Shown here: positions 9,732 to 19,844 of the stretch, piece after piece
Position numbering within the stretch: position 1 is the first letter of the stretch
How the letters are laid out: each line of letters starts with the position of its first letter
Notes under the pieces: generated by a model
The model's input: only the letters and a program-made list of their open reading frames with translations
Databases searched by the model: none
What the model was told of the DNA's origin: nothing
Position numbers and translations under genes: made by a program
DNA from: Candidatus Dojkabacteria bacterium
GTDB taxonomy: Bacteria > Patescibacteriota > Dojkabacteria > B142 > JAFGFJ01
NCBI GenBank assembly: GCA_016931155.1
Contig: JAFGFJ010000006.1
Location: forward strand, 314,896-378,895
DNA: 64,000 bases
Reading direction: 5' to 3'

Positions 9732-10595
9732 ATGGCATTAAAGTTTAGAAAACCAGTGACACCAGGACAAAGGCATACAGCTCTTGTTGATACCAGCTGG
9801 TTGACAAAGAAAGAACCTGAAAAAAGCTTGACTGTTGCATTAAAATATAAAACCAGGAATTCGAGTGGGAGGCTTACGGTAAGACATAGGGGGGGGAGAG
9901 TAAAGAGGCTATACAGAATTATTGATTTCAAGAGGAGAAAAGAGGGTATGAAGGCTGAGGTCGTTGCTGTTGAATATGATCCAAACAGAAGTGCCAACAT
10001 CTTGCTTCTCAAGTATGAAGATGGAGCAAAAACCTATATACTTGCACCTGATGGTATTAAGACAGGTGATAAGTTGGAGTCGGGTGAAAATGCTCCAATC
10101 AAGGTTGGAAATGCATTGCCTTTAAAAAAGATTCCTTCGGGAAGTTATGTTCATAGTGTAGAGCTGAAAAGAGGAGAAGGTGCAGTTCTTGGAAGAGCAG
10201 CAGGAGCAGCCATTCAACTGCAAGGATTCAATAAAGGATATGCTCAACTCAAGATGCCAAGTGGAGAAATAAGGCTTGTAAGGGATGTAAATTTTGCGAC
10301 AATCGGAAATGTTGGGAATACAGAGCATAGTGGAGTGAGTTTGGGGAAGGCAGGAAGGAAAAGAAAAATGGGAATAAAGCCAACGGTCAGGGGAGTTGCA
10401 ATGAGCTGGAAGCACCCTCATGGAGGAGGGCAGGGTAAAAGTGGAAGGCACGGTCCAGGGGGACCTGCAAAAGACAGGTGGGGGAATAAAATAGGGAAAA
10501 AGACCAGGGTTAATAAGACTACGAATAAGTATATAGTGAAAAGAAAGACATCTAAAAGAGTAAAGAAAGTTAAAACATATAAAACAATAGTTTAA
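9732..10595 (+). CDS. rplB: 50S ribosomal protein L2
   Basis: MALKFRKPVTPGQRH... and GGGQGKSGRHGPGG C-terminal motif. Confidence 0.95.
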   Translation: MALKFRKPVTPGQRHTALVDTSWLTKKEPEKSLTVALKYKTRNSSGRLTVRHRGGRVKRLYRIIDFKRRKEGMKAEVVAVEYDPNRSANILLLKYEDGAKTYILAPDGIKTGDKLESGENAPIKVGNALPLKKIPSGSYVHSVELKRGEGAVLGRAAGAAIQLQGFNKGYAQLKMPSGEIRLVRDVNFATIGNVGNTEHSGVSLGKAGRKRKMGIKPTVRGVAMSWKHPHGGGQGKSGRHGPGGPAKDRWGNKIGKKTRVNKTTNKYIVKRKTSKRVKKVKTYKTIV

Positions 10596-10606
10596 TAATA
10601 TAGATC

Positions 10607-10912
10607 ATGAGTAGATCATCGAAAAAGGGACCATATATTGACGAAAGGCTTTTAGAGAAAATTAAAAGAGCCAGAGATACTGGTGATAAGAAACCAATCA
10701 AGACATGGGCAAGATCTTCCAGTATTTCACCCGAGATGGTTGGAATTAATTTTGAGGTACACAATGGAAAAGAATTTGTTAAGGTGTTTGCAACTGAGTC
10801 AATGGTTGGGCATAAATTAGGAGAATTTTCACTAACCAGGAAGTTCACTGGTCATAGTAAGAAAGGTAAGATTGCTAAGGCAACAGGAACAGCTGGAAGA
10901 GTTGAGACATAA
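10607..10912 (+). CDS. rpsS: 30S ribosomal protein S19
   Basis: [12 protein letters not shown]...HNGKEFV...GHKLGEF S19 signature. Confidence 0.93.
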   Translation: MSRSSKKGPYIDERLLEKIKRARDTGDKKPIKTWARSSSISPEMVGINFEVHNGKEFVKVFATESMVGHKLGEFSLTRKFTGHSKKGKIAKATGTAGRVET

Positions 10913-10916
10913 AAAT

Positions 10917-11402
10917 ATGGAAAAAGAATTGGTGTGTGCAAAAAACAGATATGTTGGGAATGCCCCTAGAAAGGTGAGGCTGGTAGCGGGTTTGGTTCGT
11001 GGGAAAAATGCACTTGAGGCTATTGAAATGCTTAAATTTGTTAATAAAGCTGCTTCTCTCCCTGTTAAGAAGGTGTTGAATTCGGCGATTGCCAATGCAA
11101 CCTTCAATAAAGGATGGGACAAGAAACAGCTAAAGGTATCAAAAATTACTGTTGATGAAGCTCCTTCTTTCAAAAGAGGAAGAGCAGTTTCAAGAGGAAG
11201 ATATAGAAGAATCTTAAAAAGGAACAGTCACATAACTGTTGTTTTGGAGCAGATTTCTGAAGAGAAAAACACTGAAACAGAAAAAGGCGAAGTAAAGAGG
11301 TCTGAAGTAGGAAAAGTTGAGATGAACAATGATAAAGATAGAAAAATAGATAAGAGTAAAATTAAAACAACTAAATCTGTTAATAAAAAAAATGGGAAAT
11401 AA
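10917..11402 (+). CDS. rplV: 50S ribosomal protein L22 with basic C-terminal extension
   Basis: MEKELVCAKNRYVGNAPRKVRLVAGLVRGK... The ORF-track start at 10872 overlaps S19; ATG at 10917 follows the S19 stop. Confidence 0.88.
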   Translation: MEKELVCAKNRYVGNAPRKVRLVAGLVRGKNALEAIEMLKFVNKAASLPVKKVLNSAIANATFNKGWDKKQLKVSKITVDEAPSFKRGRAVSRGRYRRILKRNSHITVVLEQISEEKNTETEKGEVKRSEVGKVEMNNDKDRKIDKSKIKTTKSVNKKNGK

Positions 11403-12042
11403 GACAAATCCGACAAGTATGAGAGTGGGAGTAAATCAAAACTGGAAGTCAGTTTGGTACTCCTCGAAGTCAGACTATGCAAAAATGATGCACGAGGACT
11501 TAATGATAAATGAGATTATTAGGAAAAAACTCAAACCGGCTGGAGTTGACGAAATAAGGATAAAAAGATCTATGAACAAGGTGTTGATTGAAATAACTGT
11601 GGCAAGGCCTGGAGTTGTTATCGGAAGAGGAGGAGCAGGTATTGAAGATCTTAAAAAGGAGTTAAAGAAGAAAATAAAGGGAGATGTCGAACCGAAAATA
11701 TTAGAAGTGAAAAAGAATGATGTTTCAGCGAACCTGATAGCAGAAAATATTGGCAATCAGCTCGAAAGAAGAATTGTTCCGAAATATGCTGCTGAAAGAG
11801 AAGTTGAAAATGCACGAAGCGCCAGTGGAGTAAAAGGCGTCAAAATTTGGATTTCGGGAAGGATTAAAGGAGCAGAGATAGCAAGAACAGAGAAGTTCCA
11901 GTGGGGGAGGATTCCTCTTCAAACACTTAGGGCAGATATTGATTACTCTTATAAATCTGTCCAGGTTCCAAATGCTGGTAAGCAGGGAATTAAAGTGTGG
12001 GTCTATAAAGGTGACAAAAACGAAATTGAATATGACGAATAA
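11392..12042 (+). CDS. rpsC: 30S ribosomal protein S3
   Basis: [23 protein letters not shown]... KH domain [12 protein letters not shown]. Confidence 0.93.
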   Translation: MGNKTNPTSMRVGVNQNWKSVWYSSKSDYAKMMHEDLMINEIIRKKLKPAGVDEIRIKRSMNKVLIEITVARPGVVIGRGGAGIEDLKKELKKKIKGDVEPKILEVKKNDVSANLIAENIGNQLERRIVPKYAAEREVENARSASGVKGVKIWISGRIKGAEIARTEKFQWGRIPLQTLRADIDYSYKSVQVPNAGKQGIKVWVYKGDKNEIEYDE

Positions 12043-12464
12043 TGTTGCAGCCTAAAAAAACAAAATATAGAAAACAGTTCAGAGGAAAGAGAGGGGGTAC
12101 GGTAGTAAAAAAAGGTGCTTTTATTACTATGGGTGATTATGCACTTCAGGCTATTGAGAGATCCTGGATAACAGAAAGGCAGATTGAATCTGCTAGAAAG
12201 GCAATTGTTAGGGAAACGAAAAGAAAAGGTAAGTTGTGGCTAAAGATCTTCCCAGACAAACCTTACACAGGAAAACCGGCGGAAACCAGAATGGGAAAGG
12301 GTAAGGGGGACGTTGTTGGATATGTCTCAGTAGTTAAGCCAGGCAGGGTACTGTTTGAGCTGGGTGGGGTTACTGAAGAAACTGCAAGAGAAGCGTTTAG
12401 GGTAGCTGGTCATAAGTTACCTATTAAGACTCAGTTTGTAACCAGAATACAACAAACAAGATAA
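12042..12464 (+). CDS. rplP: 50S ribosomal protein L16
   Basis: [19 protein letters not shown]... canonical L16 start. Confidence 0.95.
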   Translation: MLQPKKTKYRKQFRGKRGGTVVKKGAFITMGDYALQAIERSWITERQIESARKAIVRETKRKGKLWLKIFPDKPYTGKPAETRMGKGKGDVVGYVSVVKPGRVLFELGGVTEETAREAFRVAGHKLPIKTQFVTRIQQTR

Positions 12465-12465
12465 A

Positions 12466-12753
12466 ATGAAACCAAACGAACTTAGAAAATTTAGTAAAAA
12501 GGAGCTTGAGGAAAGGTTGGTTAAAAAAGCTGAAGAATTAGAGAGCAAGAAGTTTGAAGTCAGGATGAAAAAAGATAATGATTATGCAAGCTTGAAATTT
12601 TTGAAAAAAGAATTGGCAAGAATAAATACAATTATAAAGGCAGGTTCGTTTGCCATTGATGATATAAAGGATAAGGTGGAAAAGAAGACTGTGAAGAAAG
12701 AAACGAAGAAAAAAAACAGTATTGTGAGGAAGGATAAAGAACCTGATAAGTAA
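12466..12753 (+). CDS. rpmC: 50S ribosomal protein L29 with C-terminal extension
   Basis: MKPNELRKFSKKELEERLVKKAEEL... L29 family; ~30-aa extra tail. Confidence 0.85.
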   Translation: MKPNELRKFSKKELEERLVKKAEELESKKFEVRMKKDNDYASLKFLKKELARINTIIKAGSFAIDDIKDKVEKKTVKKETKKKNSIVRKDKEPDK

Positions 12754-12782
12754 TCAGTAAATAAATATTTTTAATATAAGAA

Positions 12783-13094
12783 ATGGCAACAAAAGCAGAA
12801 AAAATAACAAAGAAGTTAAAAACAAAGAGAGTTGAGAAATCTCAGCAGAAGATAGCAAGAATAAAAACAGGAATAGTAGTAGGCAATAAGGCACAAAAGA
12901 CCTTGAGAGTGAGGGTTGAAAGGAAATTCTCTCACCCTTTGTATACGAAGATTGTAAAGAGGCACAAAAATTATCTTGTTCACAGTAATGAGCAGGTTGA
13001 GGTTGGTAAAATAATAAGATTCAAAGAGGTTAAGCCCATCTCAAAAGCAAAGAAATGGGTACTAATTGATGTATTAGAAAAGAAACAAATATGA
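12783..13094 (+). CDS. rpsQ: 30S ribosomal protein S17
   Basis: [41 protein letters not shown]17 signature. Confidence 0.93.
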   Translation: MATKAEKITKKLKTKRVEKSQQKIARIKTGIVVGNKAQKTLRVRVERKFSHPLYTKIVKRHKNYLVHSNEQVEVGKIIRFKEVKPISKAKKWVLIDVLEKKQI

Positions 13095-13474
13095 TTCAAT
13101 CACTGACTAGACTAAAAGTTGCAGACAATAGTGGAGCCAAAGAAATAATGGTCATTCAAGTACAGGGCGGCAAAAAGGGTGGTGGCTATCAAAGGTTTGG
13201 TACAGTTGGAGAAATCGTGAGTGCTACTGTCAAAAAGGCACAGCCAAACAGTGGGGTGAGCAAAGGAGAGGTTGTACATGCGGTAATCATAAGGGTTGCA
13301 AAGGAAATAAAAAGAATAGATGGGTCTTATTTGAAGTTTGATGACAATGCAGCAGTTCTTATTGATAAAAAGAGTGGAGATCTTAAAGGTACAAGAATTT
13401 TTGGTCCAGTTGCAAGGGAGTTGAAAGAAAAAGGGTTTAATAAAATTGTTAGTTTAGCACCAGAAGTACTCTAA
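13091..13474 (+). CDS. rplN: 50S ribosomal protein L14
   Basis: [24 protein letters not shown]... canonical L14. Confidence 0.95.
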   Translation: MIQSLTRLKVADNSGAKEIMVIQVQGGKKGGGYQRFGTVGEIVSATVKKAQPNSGVSKGEVVHAVIIRVAKEIKRIDGSYLKFDDNAAVLIDKKSGDLKGTRIFGPVARELKEKGFNKIVSLAPEVL

Positions 13475-13785
13475 TGAAACTAAAAAAGGGAGATACAGTA
13501 AAGGTATTATCAGGTAAGTATCGAGGGAAAACGGGAGACATCCTGAAGATTTTTCTCGCAAAGAATACTGCGATTGTTGAGAAAGTGAATATAGTAAAAA
13601 AACATAAAAAGAAATCAGCTAATGAAAAAGAACCTGGCGGAATAATTGAAGTTGAGGCTCCGGTTCATATTTCGAACCTTATGCTTCAATGTAAAAATTG
13701 TTTGAAATTTACCAGGGTAGGATTTAGAAACGATGAAAAAGGAAAAAAAGTGAGATATTGCAAAAAATGCGATAAGACAATATAA
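13474..13785 (+). CDS. rplX: 50S ribosomal protein L24 carrying a C4 (CxxC...CxxC) motif in its C-terminal region
   Basis: [26 protein letters not shown] domain. The C-terminal region aligns with E. coli L24 but contains QCKNC...YCKKC. Confidence 0.9.
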   Translation: MKLKKGDTVKVLSGKYRGKTGDILKIFLAKNTAIVEKVNIVKKHKKKSANEKEPGGIIEVEAPVHISNLMLQCKNCLKFTRVGFRNDEKGKKVRYCKKCDKTI

Positions 13786-13791
13786 AAAATC

Positions 13792-14460
13792 ATGATAGAA
13801 CCAAGAAAGAAAAAAGAATTTAATGAAAAAATAAAAAAGGAACTAATGTCAATTCTTGGGATTGATAATGTGATGGCTGTTCCGATGCTAACAAAAATAG
13901 TGATAAATACCGGAATGGGAGAGGCAAAAGAAGATACGAAGCAGTATGAAGAGATGGCAAATGAATTGGCTGCGATTTCGGGGCAGAAACCGGTTATTAG
14001 TAAAGCAAAGAAGGCAATTTCAAATTTCAAGATTCGTGCTGGTAGTATTGTTGGATTGAGTGTTACCTTGAGAGGGAGGAGAATGTGGGAGTTTTTTGAT
14101 AAACTTGTCAGCATCACTCTTCCAAGAGTAAAGGACTTTCGGGGTCTTTCTCCGAAGTCTTTTGATGGTAGAGGGAACTATTCTCTTGGACTTAAAGAGC
14201 ATACGGTATTTATTGAAGTAGATACTAATAAAGTGACAAAACTTAGAGGTGTCCAGATAACACTTTGTACCAGTTCTGGTGATGATAAAAGAGCCTATGT
14301 CCTGCTTGAGAAACTCGGTATGCCTTTTATGAAAAATACGAAAAAACAGGAAGAGATGAAACAGGCAATAGATGCGGTTGAAGCGGGTCCTACTGTTGAC
14401 AAAGAGATCAGGGAAAGCAAGGAGGTTGAAGGTGTACAAGGAAATAATGATAATTTATAA
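13792..14460 (+). CDS. rplE: 50S ribosomal protein L5 with acidic/Q-rich C-terminal tail
   Basis: [17 protein letters not shown]...[16 protein letters not shown]5 signature. Confidence 0.93.
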   Translation: MIEPRKKKEFNEKIKKELMSILGIDNVMAVPMLTKIVINTGMGEAKEDTKQYEEMANELAAISGQKPVISKAKKAISNFKIRAGSIVGLSVTLRGRRMWEFFDKLVSITLPRVKDFRGLSPKSFDGRGNYSLGLKEHTVFIEVDTNKVTKLRGVQITLCTSSGDDKRAYVLLEKLGMPFMKNTKKQEEMKQAIDAVEAGPTVDKEIRESKEVEGVQGNNDNL

Positions 14461-14468
14461 AATTTATA

Positions 14469-14663
14469 ATGAGTACAGAAGCACAAGAAGCAAAATCAAG
14501 AAAATACAAAAGAAAAGCAAATAAGTCGGTAAAAGCATTCAATAGATGCAGGATTTGCGGGAGGAGAAGAGGATATATGAGGATGTTTGATCTTTGCAGG
14601 ATACATTTCAGGGAACTGGCTCAAAAAGGGCAATTGCCCGGAGTAACTAAAAGTACGTGGTAA
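14469..14663 (+). CDS. rpsN: 30S ribosomal protein S14 type Z (zinc-binding)
   Basis: 64 aa, [18 protein letters not shown] with CxxC...C motif. Confidence 0.9.
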   Translation: MSTEAQEAKSRKYKRKANKSVKAFNRCRICGRRRGYMRMFDLCRIHFRELAQKGQLPGVTKSTW

Positions 14664-14687
14664 TTATTTATTATTAGCTGAGTTTAG

Positions 14688-15083
14688 ATGAACGACCCAA
14701 TAGCAGATTTACTAACAAGAATAAGGAATGCACAAATGAGGAAGTCAAAGGTGTTTGTAATGCCTTCTTCCAAGATGGTCGTTTCTATTGTCGATATTCT
14801 GAAGAAGGAGGGTTTTATTGAAGATTATAAAAATAATGAGAGTGGCGTGATTGCAGGAAAAGAGATAATAATAAATCTGAAATATAATGATGGTAAACCC
14901 TCAATTACAGGGCTTAAAAGAATATCAAAACCTGGGGTCAGAAGATATGTTGGATACAGAGATATTAGGAAAGTACTTGGTGGACTTGGTGTGTCTATTG
15001 TTTCTACTCCCAGGGGAGTAATGACAGGTGATTCTGCAAGGAAGGAAAGAGTTGGAGGAGAGATACTTTGTGAAATCTGGTAA
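14688..15083 (+). CDS. rpsH: 30S ribosomal protein S8
   Basis: MNDPIADLLTRIRNAQMRK canonical S8 start. Confidence 0.95.
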   Translation: MNDPIADLLTRIRNAQMRKSKVFVMPSSKMVVSIVDILKKEGFIEDYKNNESGVIAGKEIIINLKYNDGKPSITGLKRISKPGVRRYVGYRDIRKVLGGLGVSIVSTPRGVMTGDSARKERVGGEILCEIW

Positions 15084-15094
15084 TCATTCAAATT

Positions 15095-15667
15095 ATGTCA
15101 AGAATAGGAAAAAACCCAATAACAATTACAGAAGGAGTGATTATTACTGTTGAGGACGGAGGAAAATTTGGTCATAAGGTTGTGAAAGTAAAAGGACCGA
15201 AAGGAGAGCTCAGTGAGGATATTAGAAAAGGGATAGATATTGAGTTGAGTGAAAGTGAGCTAAAGGTTATAAATAAAAAAGATGAGGATAAGTATAACAG
15301 GTCTTTGCATGGATTATACAGAACATTGATAAACAATATGGTAGAGGGAGTAACAGAGGGCTTCCAGAAAAAACTGGAGATTGTTGGTATTGGATATAAA
15401 GCTATACCAAAAGGTGAAGATCTCGAATTATACGTAGGTTTTAGTCATCCTATTTTGGTAAAAGCTCCAGAAGGGATTGCTCTTTCAGTTGAAGAAAATG
15501 TTAAAATCACTGTTTCAGGAATCAATAAAAGACTGGTAGGGGAAATTGCTGCAAGAATAAGAAAAGTGAAAAAACCTGAGCCATATAAAGGTAAAGGAAT
15601 TAGATATGAAGGGGAAGTGGTGAAAAGAAAGGTCGGAAAAGCAGCAGCTACAACAGAAGCAACATAA
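15095..15667 (+). CDS. rplF: 50S ribosomal protein L6
   Basis: MSRIGKNPITI... two L6 repeats. Confidence 0.93.
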   Translation: MSRIGKNPITITEGVIITVEDGGKFGHKVVKVKGPKGELSEDIRKGIDIELSESELKVINKKDEDKYNRSLHGLYRTLINNMVEGVTEGFQKKLEIVGIGYKAIPKGEDLELYVGFSHPILVKAPEGIALSVEENVKITVSGINKRLVGEIAARIRKVKKPEPYKGKGIRYEGEVVKRKVGKAAATTEAT

Positions 15668-15671
15668 TATT

Positions 15672-16013
15672 ATGAGCAGACAAAATTTAAGACTAAAAAG
15701 AAAAACAAGATCGAAGTATAAAATCAGAGGAACTGATTCCAGGCCAAGGCTTAGTGTCTTTAGATCAAATAAACATATTTGTGGTCAGTTAATTGATGAC
15801 GAAAATTCGAAAACCTTGGTTCAAGTTTCTGACATGAAGTTCAAAAATAAAGGTACGAAGACTGATCTTGCCTTTATCGTCGGAGAAAATATTGCGTCTG
15901 AAGCAAAGACAAAAAAGATTACAAAGATTGTTTTTGACAGGAGTGGGTATAAGTATCATGGAAGAGTTAGGGCTCTTGCTGAGGGAGCAAGAAAAGGTGG
16001 TCTTTTATTCTAA
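15672..16013 (+). CDS. rplR: 50S ribosomal protein L18
   Basis: RPRLSVFRSNKHICGQLIDD...GYKYHGRVRALAEGARKGGL L18 signature. Confidence 0.92.
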   Translation: MSRQNLRLKRKTRSKYKIRGTDSRPRLSVFRSNKHICGQLIDDENSKTLVQVSDMKFKNKGTKTDLAFIVGENIASEAKTKKITKIVFDRSGYKYHGRVRALAEGARKGGLLF

Positions 16014-16028
16014 TTTATATATTTATAA

Positions 16029-16616
16029 ATGGCAGAGGAACAAAAACAAAAAGCGAAAGTAGGTACAGTAGAACAGACTTCTCCCGGAGAAGTTAAGGAA
16101 AGGCTTGAACGTATAAAGGTGAGAAGAGTTCAGAGGAAATCTGATGCAAGAGGTAACAAGAGGGGAAGAGATAAAGACAGAGATGAGCTTGATACAAGAA
16201 TCATTAATATAAGGAGGGTAACAAGAGTATATAAAGGTGGGAAAAGGATGAGGCTGAGTGCCTTTGTTGTGGTTGGAGACAGAAAAGGTAGTATTGGACT
16301 GGGTGTGGGAAAAGGTTCTGATGTTAGATCCGCTGAGGCTAAGGCGATAAACTATGCAAGAAAACACATGGTAAAAATCAGTCTTAAAGGAAATACACTA
16401 CCTCATCAGATCATTGGGAAAAGCGGAGCGGCAGAAGTTTTTATGAAGCCTGCTGCCCCTGGAACTGGAGTTATTGCAGGCAGTGCTGCCAGGGCTGTTG
16501 TGGAAGTTGCAGGTGTTAAAGATATTCTTACTAAAGTGCTTGGATCTGATAACAGTATAAATAATGCATATGCGACACTTGATGGACTTACTAAACTTAG
16601 ACTCACTCGAAGCTAA
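16029..16616 (+). CDS. rpsE: 30S ribosomal protein S5 with basic N-terminal extension
   Basis: RVTRVYKGGKRMRLSAFVVVGDRKGSIGLGVGKGSDV S5 dsRBD signature. Confidence 0.93.
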   Translation: MAEEQKQKAKVGTVEQTSPGEVKERLERIKVRRVQRKSDARGNKRGRDKDRDELDTRIINIRRVTRVYKGGKRMRLSAFVVVGDRKGSIGLGVGKGSDVRSAEAKAINYARKHMVKISLKGNTLPHQIIGKSGAAEVFMKPAAPGTGVIAGSAARAVVEVAGVKDILTKVLGSDNSINNAYATLDGLTKLRLTRS

Positions 16617-17068
16617 TGCTTAACAATTTGATCTCGCCAAAAACAAAAAAGAAAAGCAAAATAATCGGAAGAGGTTACGGTTCCGGGGTTGGTGGTCATA
16701 CTGTTGGTAAAGGTCAGAAAGGTCAGAAGTCGAGGTCTGGGTATTCAAAACCTAGACCGGGTTTCGAGGGGGGGCAGATGCCTCTTTCAAGAAGACTTCC
16801 AAAACTTAGAGGTTTCAAGCGGGGGTATTTTAAGTCAAAGTCACACAATACTGTTCTCAATCTTTCTGATCTAGAAGGGCTTGGACTTACAAGGGTTTCT
16901 TTTGAATCCTTGAAAGAAAAGGGATTATTAGGTGGATTTTCAAAAAAACAGGAAGTAAAAATATTATCTGGGGGAAAAATAAGTAGAAAAGTGGAAATCG
17001 TTGGAATTAAAATTTCAAAAAAAGCCCAGGAAAAGGTAGAAAAGGCTGGGGGAAAAGTTACTGCTTAA
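16616..17068 (+). CDS. rplO: 50S ribosomal protein L15 (immediately follows S5; no L30 gene)
   Basis: GRGYGSGVGGHTVGKGQKGQKSRSG L15 signature; the start overlaps the S5 stop (TAATG). Confidence 0.92.
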   Translation: MLNNLISPKTKKKSKIIGRGYGSGVGGHTVGKGQKGQKSRSGYSKPRPGFEGGQMPLSRRLPKLRGFKRGYFKSKSHNTVLNLSDLEGLGLTRVSFESLKEKGLLGGFSKKQEVKILSGGKISRKVEIVGIKISKKAQEKVEKAGGKVTA

Positions 17069-17078
17069 TTTTTTAATA

Positions 17079-18551
17079 ATGCTGGAAACACAAAAAAAAA
17101 GCTCAGGAATGCCTGCAAGTATTTTTAGTCGCACAGTAAGAAAAGTCTCAGGAGAGACTAAGAAGAGTGGCATTTTTACTAAATTCCAAAGGACGTTTGC
17201 AAATAAAGATATAAGGAATCGTTTCCTTTTCACTATGTTGATGGTTTTGGTATTCAGATTATTGTCTGCTGTTCCACTTCCAGGAATTGACCCTGCAGTT
17301 TTTAAAGAATTTTTTCAAGGTACTCCTTTCAGTAATATCTTTACCATAGTTACTGGAGGAAGGCTTGATAATCCGTCTATTGTAGCAATTGGGCTGGCTT
17401 CTTATATTAATGCCTCAATTATGATTCAACTGTTTACAACTGTTATTCCCTCTCTTGAGGAAATGTCAAAAGAAGGGGAAAGAGGAAAGCAAAAATTGAA
17501 TCAGATAACCAGAGTATTGACTGTTCCACTGACAGTGCTGCAGTCCGTAGTGATTTATACTATTTTGAAAAACAGTGCTGGTATTTCAAATCTCGTCGCG
17601 GAGTCATCGGTTTTGGATGTAGTTACTATGATTACGACACTGACTGCCGGGACGATGCTCCTGATGTGGATATCTGAGATTATTTCAGAAAGTGGGATCG
17701 GAAATGGCTCGTCAATAATAATTTCCGCTGGTGTTCTTGCAGTTATCCCGAGTTTTATTTCACAGGATTTCCAAAGTGTTGAACTCAATTTTAAATTTCT
17801 TTTAGAAGGAAAACTTGAAGTTCTATGGAGCTCAAATATGCTTTTGATCTATGCGATAATTGTGGGGCTTGTTGTTTTACTATTAGGTATAGTTTTTATG
17901 TCGGAGGCAACAAGAAAACTATCTATCCAGTATGCAAGAAGAGTAAGGGGTGGTGTGGCGGGATTTCAAAATACTTTTCTTCCGATTAAGCTTAACCAGG
18001 CAGGGGTGATGCCTGTAATATTTGCATCATCAATACTCATTCTGCCGCAGATACTTTCTCAGTTTGTGGTCAGTTCCTTTGAATCGGGTAAGTTTTATGA
18101 TATTGCCAATGCAATAGGAAATTCCTTTCTTTCAGACTATGGATCATTTGGATACAATTTAACCTACTTCTTTGCAATTATTGGGTTTACTTTCTTTTAT
18201 ACTTTTGTTGTTCTAAACCCGAATGATACAGCGGACAACCTGAAGAAAAGTGGAGGCTTCATACCTGGGATTAGACCTGGGACTTCAACTGCCAGTTATA
18301 TTACGAAAGTTATGATCAGATTGACTATTGTCGGGGGTATTTTCCTCGGGGCAATAGCTCTTGCTCCTTCTCTTATTAATCAATTTGCGACTAATCAGTT
18401 CCTTGGAGAAGCTGCAAATTATGGGAGATCGACTCTTTTTTCCGGAATTGGGGGTACCAGTCTTTTGATTTTGGTAGGAGTAATACTTGATACAAAACGA
18501 AAGATTGAATCTATGGCAGTTACACGTAGCTACGAGCATTACAAAGACTAA
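17079..18551 (+). CDS. secY: Preprotein translocase subunit SecY (N-terminal ~35-aa extension)
   Basis: FRLLSAVPLPGIDPAVF and 10-TM architecture typical of SecY. Confidence 0.92.
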   Translation: MLETQKKSSGMPASIFSRTVRKVSGETKKSGIFTKFQRTFANKDIRNRFLFTMLMVLVFRLLSAVPLPGIDPAVFKEFFQGTPFSNIFTIVTGGRLDNPSIVAIGLASYINASIMIQLFTTVIPSLEEMSKEGERGKQKLNQITRVLTVPLTVLQSVVIYTILKNSAGISNLVAESSVLDVVTMITTLTAGTMLLMWISEIISESGIGNGSSIIISAGVLAVIPSFISQDFQSVELNFKFLLEGKLEVLWSSNMLLIYAIIVGLVVLLLGIVFMSEATRKLSIQYARRVRGGVAGFQNTFLPIKLNQAGVMPVIFASSILILPQILSQFVVSSFESGKFYDIANAIGNSFLSDYGSFGYNLTYFFAIIGFTFFYTFVVLNPNDTADNLKKSGGFIPGIRPGTSTASYITKVMIRLTIVGGIFLGAIALAPSLINQFATNQFLGEAANYGRSTLFSGIGGTSLLILVGVILDTKRKIESMAVTRSYEHYKD

Positions 18552-18554
18552 ATA

Positions 18555-19304
18555 TTGGGAATTACTATTAAAAACAAAAAAGAGATAGATTTAATGCGGG
18601 TAGGTGGGAAAATGCTTGGGGATATTGTTGAAGAACTTGGGAGGATGGTAAAGGCGGGAATTTCATCATGGGATATTGAAAAAAAATCCCAGGCTCTTTT
18701 ACAGCATTATAAGGTTAAGCCGGCGTTTCTGAATTATCTTGGCTATCCCTGTGTCTCATGTGTTGGATTAAATGACACAGCTGTACATGGGATTCCAAGT
18801 AAAGATGAAATTTTGAATGAGGGAGATATTGTTAGTATTGATATGGGACTGATTTATCAGGGGATGTATTTGGATCATGCTGTTACTGTCCCTGTCGGAA
18901 AAATCTCCAGTGAGAGTGCGAAGCTCATTAATGTGACTAGAGATGCGATGAAAGCTGGAATAAATCAGGCAAAAGAGGGAAATACGGTTGGAGATATAAG
19001 TCATGCTATTCAGACTACTGCGGAGCTTGCAGGGTTTTCTGTAATAAGGCAAATGGTAGGACATGGAGTAGGTTACCAGGTGCACGAACCTCCTCAAATT
19101 CCCTGCTTTGGAGAAAAAGGGACTGGAGAAATGCTTGAAGAAGGTATGACTCTTGCAATTGAGGCAATGGTAAATGCAGGTGGTGCAGAAATATTGATAT
19201 TGGAGGATGGTTGGACGACAAAAACGCAGGACGGAAAGAATTCTGCAATTTTTGAACATACTATAGTAGTTGGGGAGAAAAAGTCGGAGATTTTGACCGA
19301 GTAG
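18555..19304 (+). CDS. map: Methionine aminopeptidase type I
   Basis: pita-bread fold blocks (DIVSIDMG, HGVGYQVHEPPQI, ALAIE metal-ligand-like motifs). Confidence 0.88.
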   Translation: MGITIKNKKEIDLMRVGGKMLGDIVEELGRMVKAGISSWDIEKKSQALLQHYKVKPAFLNYLGYPCVSCVGLNDTAVHGIPSKDEILNEGDIVSIDMGLIYQGMYLDHAVTVPVGKISSESAKLINVTRDAMKAGINQAKEGNTVGDISHAIQTTAELAGFSVIRQMVGHGVGYQVHEPPQIPCFGEKGTGEMLEEGMTLAIEAMVNAGGAEILILEDGWTTKTQDGKNSAIFEHTIVVGEKKSEILTE

Positions 19305-19455
19305 TTTTAAATTTGGTATTTATTTGATATTTTTTGCGAAAAATTAATGAATTTAGGCAAAATGGCTTTGTTTGAAGGGAGTTCTTTGATATAATTATCG
19401 TCTGCTATGGATTAATGGCTGATGGCGGCTTTGCCGTATTTTTGTGTTTTCAAAT

Positions 19456-19701
19456 ATGACTGGAAGTGAGACCAAGCCAGGAGAGAAATTTAAGGTAACA
19501 GGTACTGTTACAGAGACTCTTCCAGGCGCAAAATTTAGAGTAAATATTAAAATGGGTGAACTCGACCATGAGATAATCGCCTATATTTCGGGCAAGATGA
19601 GAATGCACTATATTAAACTTCAGCCAGGGGATCAGGTGGAGGTTGAAATGACACCATATGATTTACAAAAAGGAAGAATCACTTATAGAGGACAAAAATG
19701 A
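19456..19701 (+). CDS. infA: Translation initiation factor IF-1
   Basis: [61 protein letters not shown]1-like IF-1. Alternative upstream ATG at 19444. Confidence 0.88.
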   Translation: MTGSETKPGEKFKVTGTVTETLPGAKFRVNIKMGELDHEIIAYISGKMRMHYIKLQPGDQVEVEMTPYDLQKGRITYRGQK

Positions 19702-19829
19702 AAGTAAAGGCTTCAATTAAAAAAAGATGTGAGCATTGCTATATTGTGAGAAGACGCAAGAAAAACGGTAAGCATGTTATATATATTTACTGTAAAAGGG
19801 ATGCGACCCACAAGCAGAGGCAAGGTTAA
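19698..19829 (+). CDS. rpmJ: 50S ribosomal protein L36 (43 aa; below the ORF-track length cutoff)
   Basis: Hand translation [43 protein letters not shown] with the C-x2-C...C-x4-H zinc ribbon of L36. Its ATG overlaps the infA stop (ATGA); canonical infA-rpmJ-rpsM order. Confidence 0.85.
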   Translation: MKVKASIKKRCEHCYIVRRRKKNGKHVIYIYCKRDATHKQRQG

Positions 19830-19844
19830 TTATTATTTTGTAAA

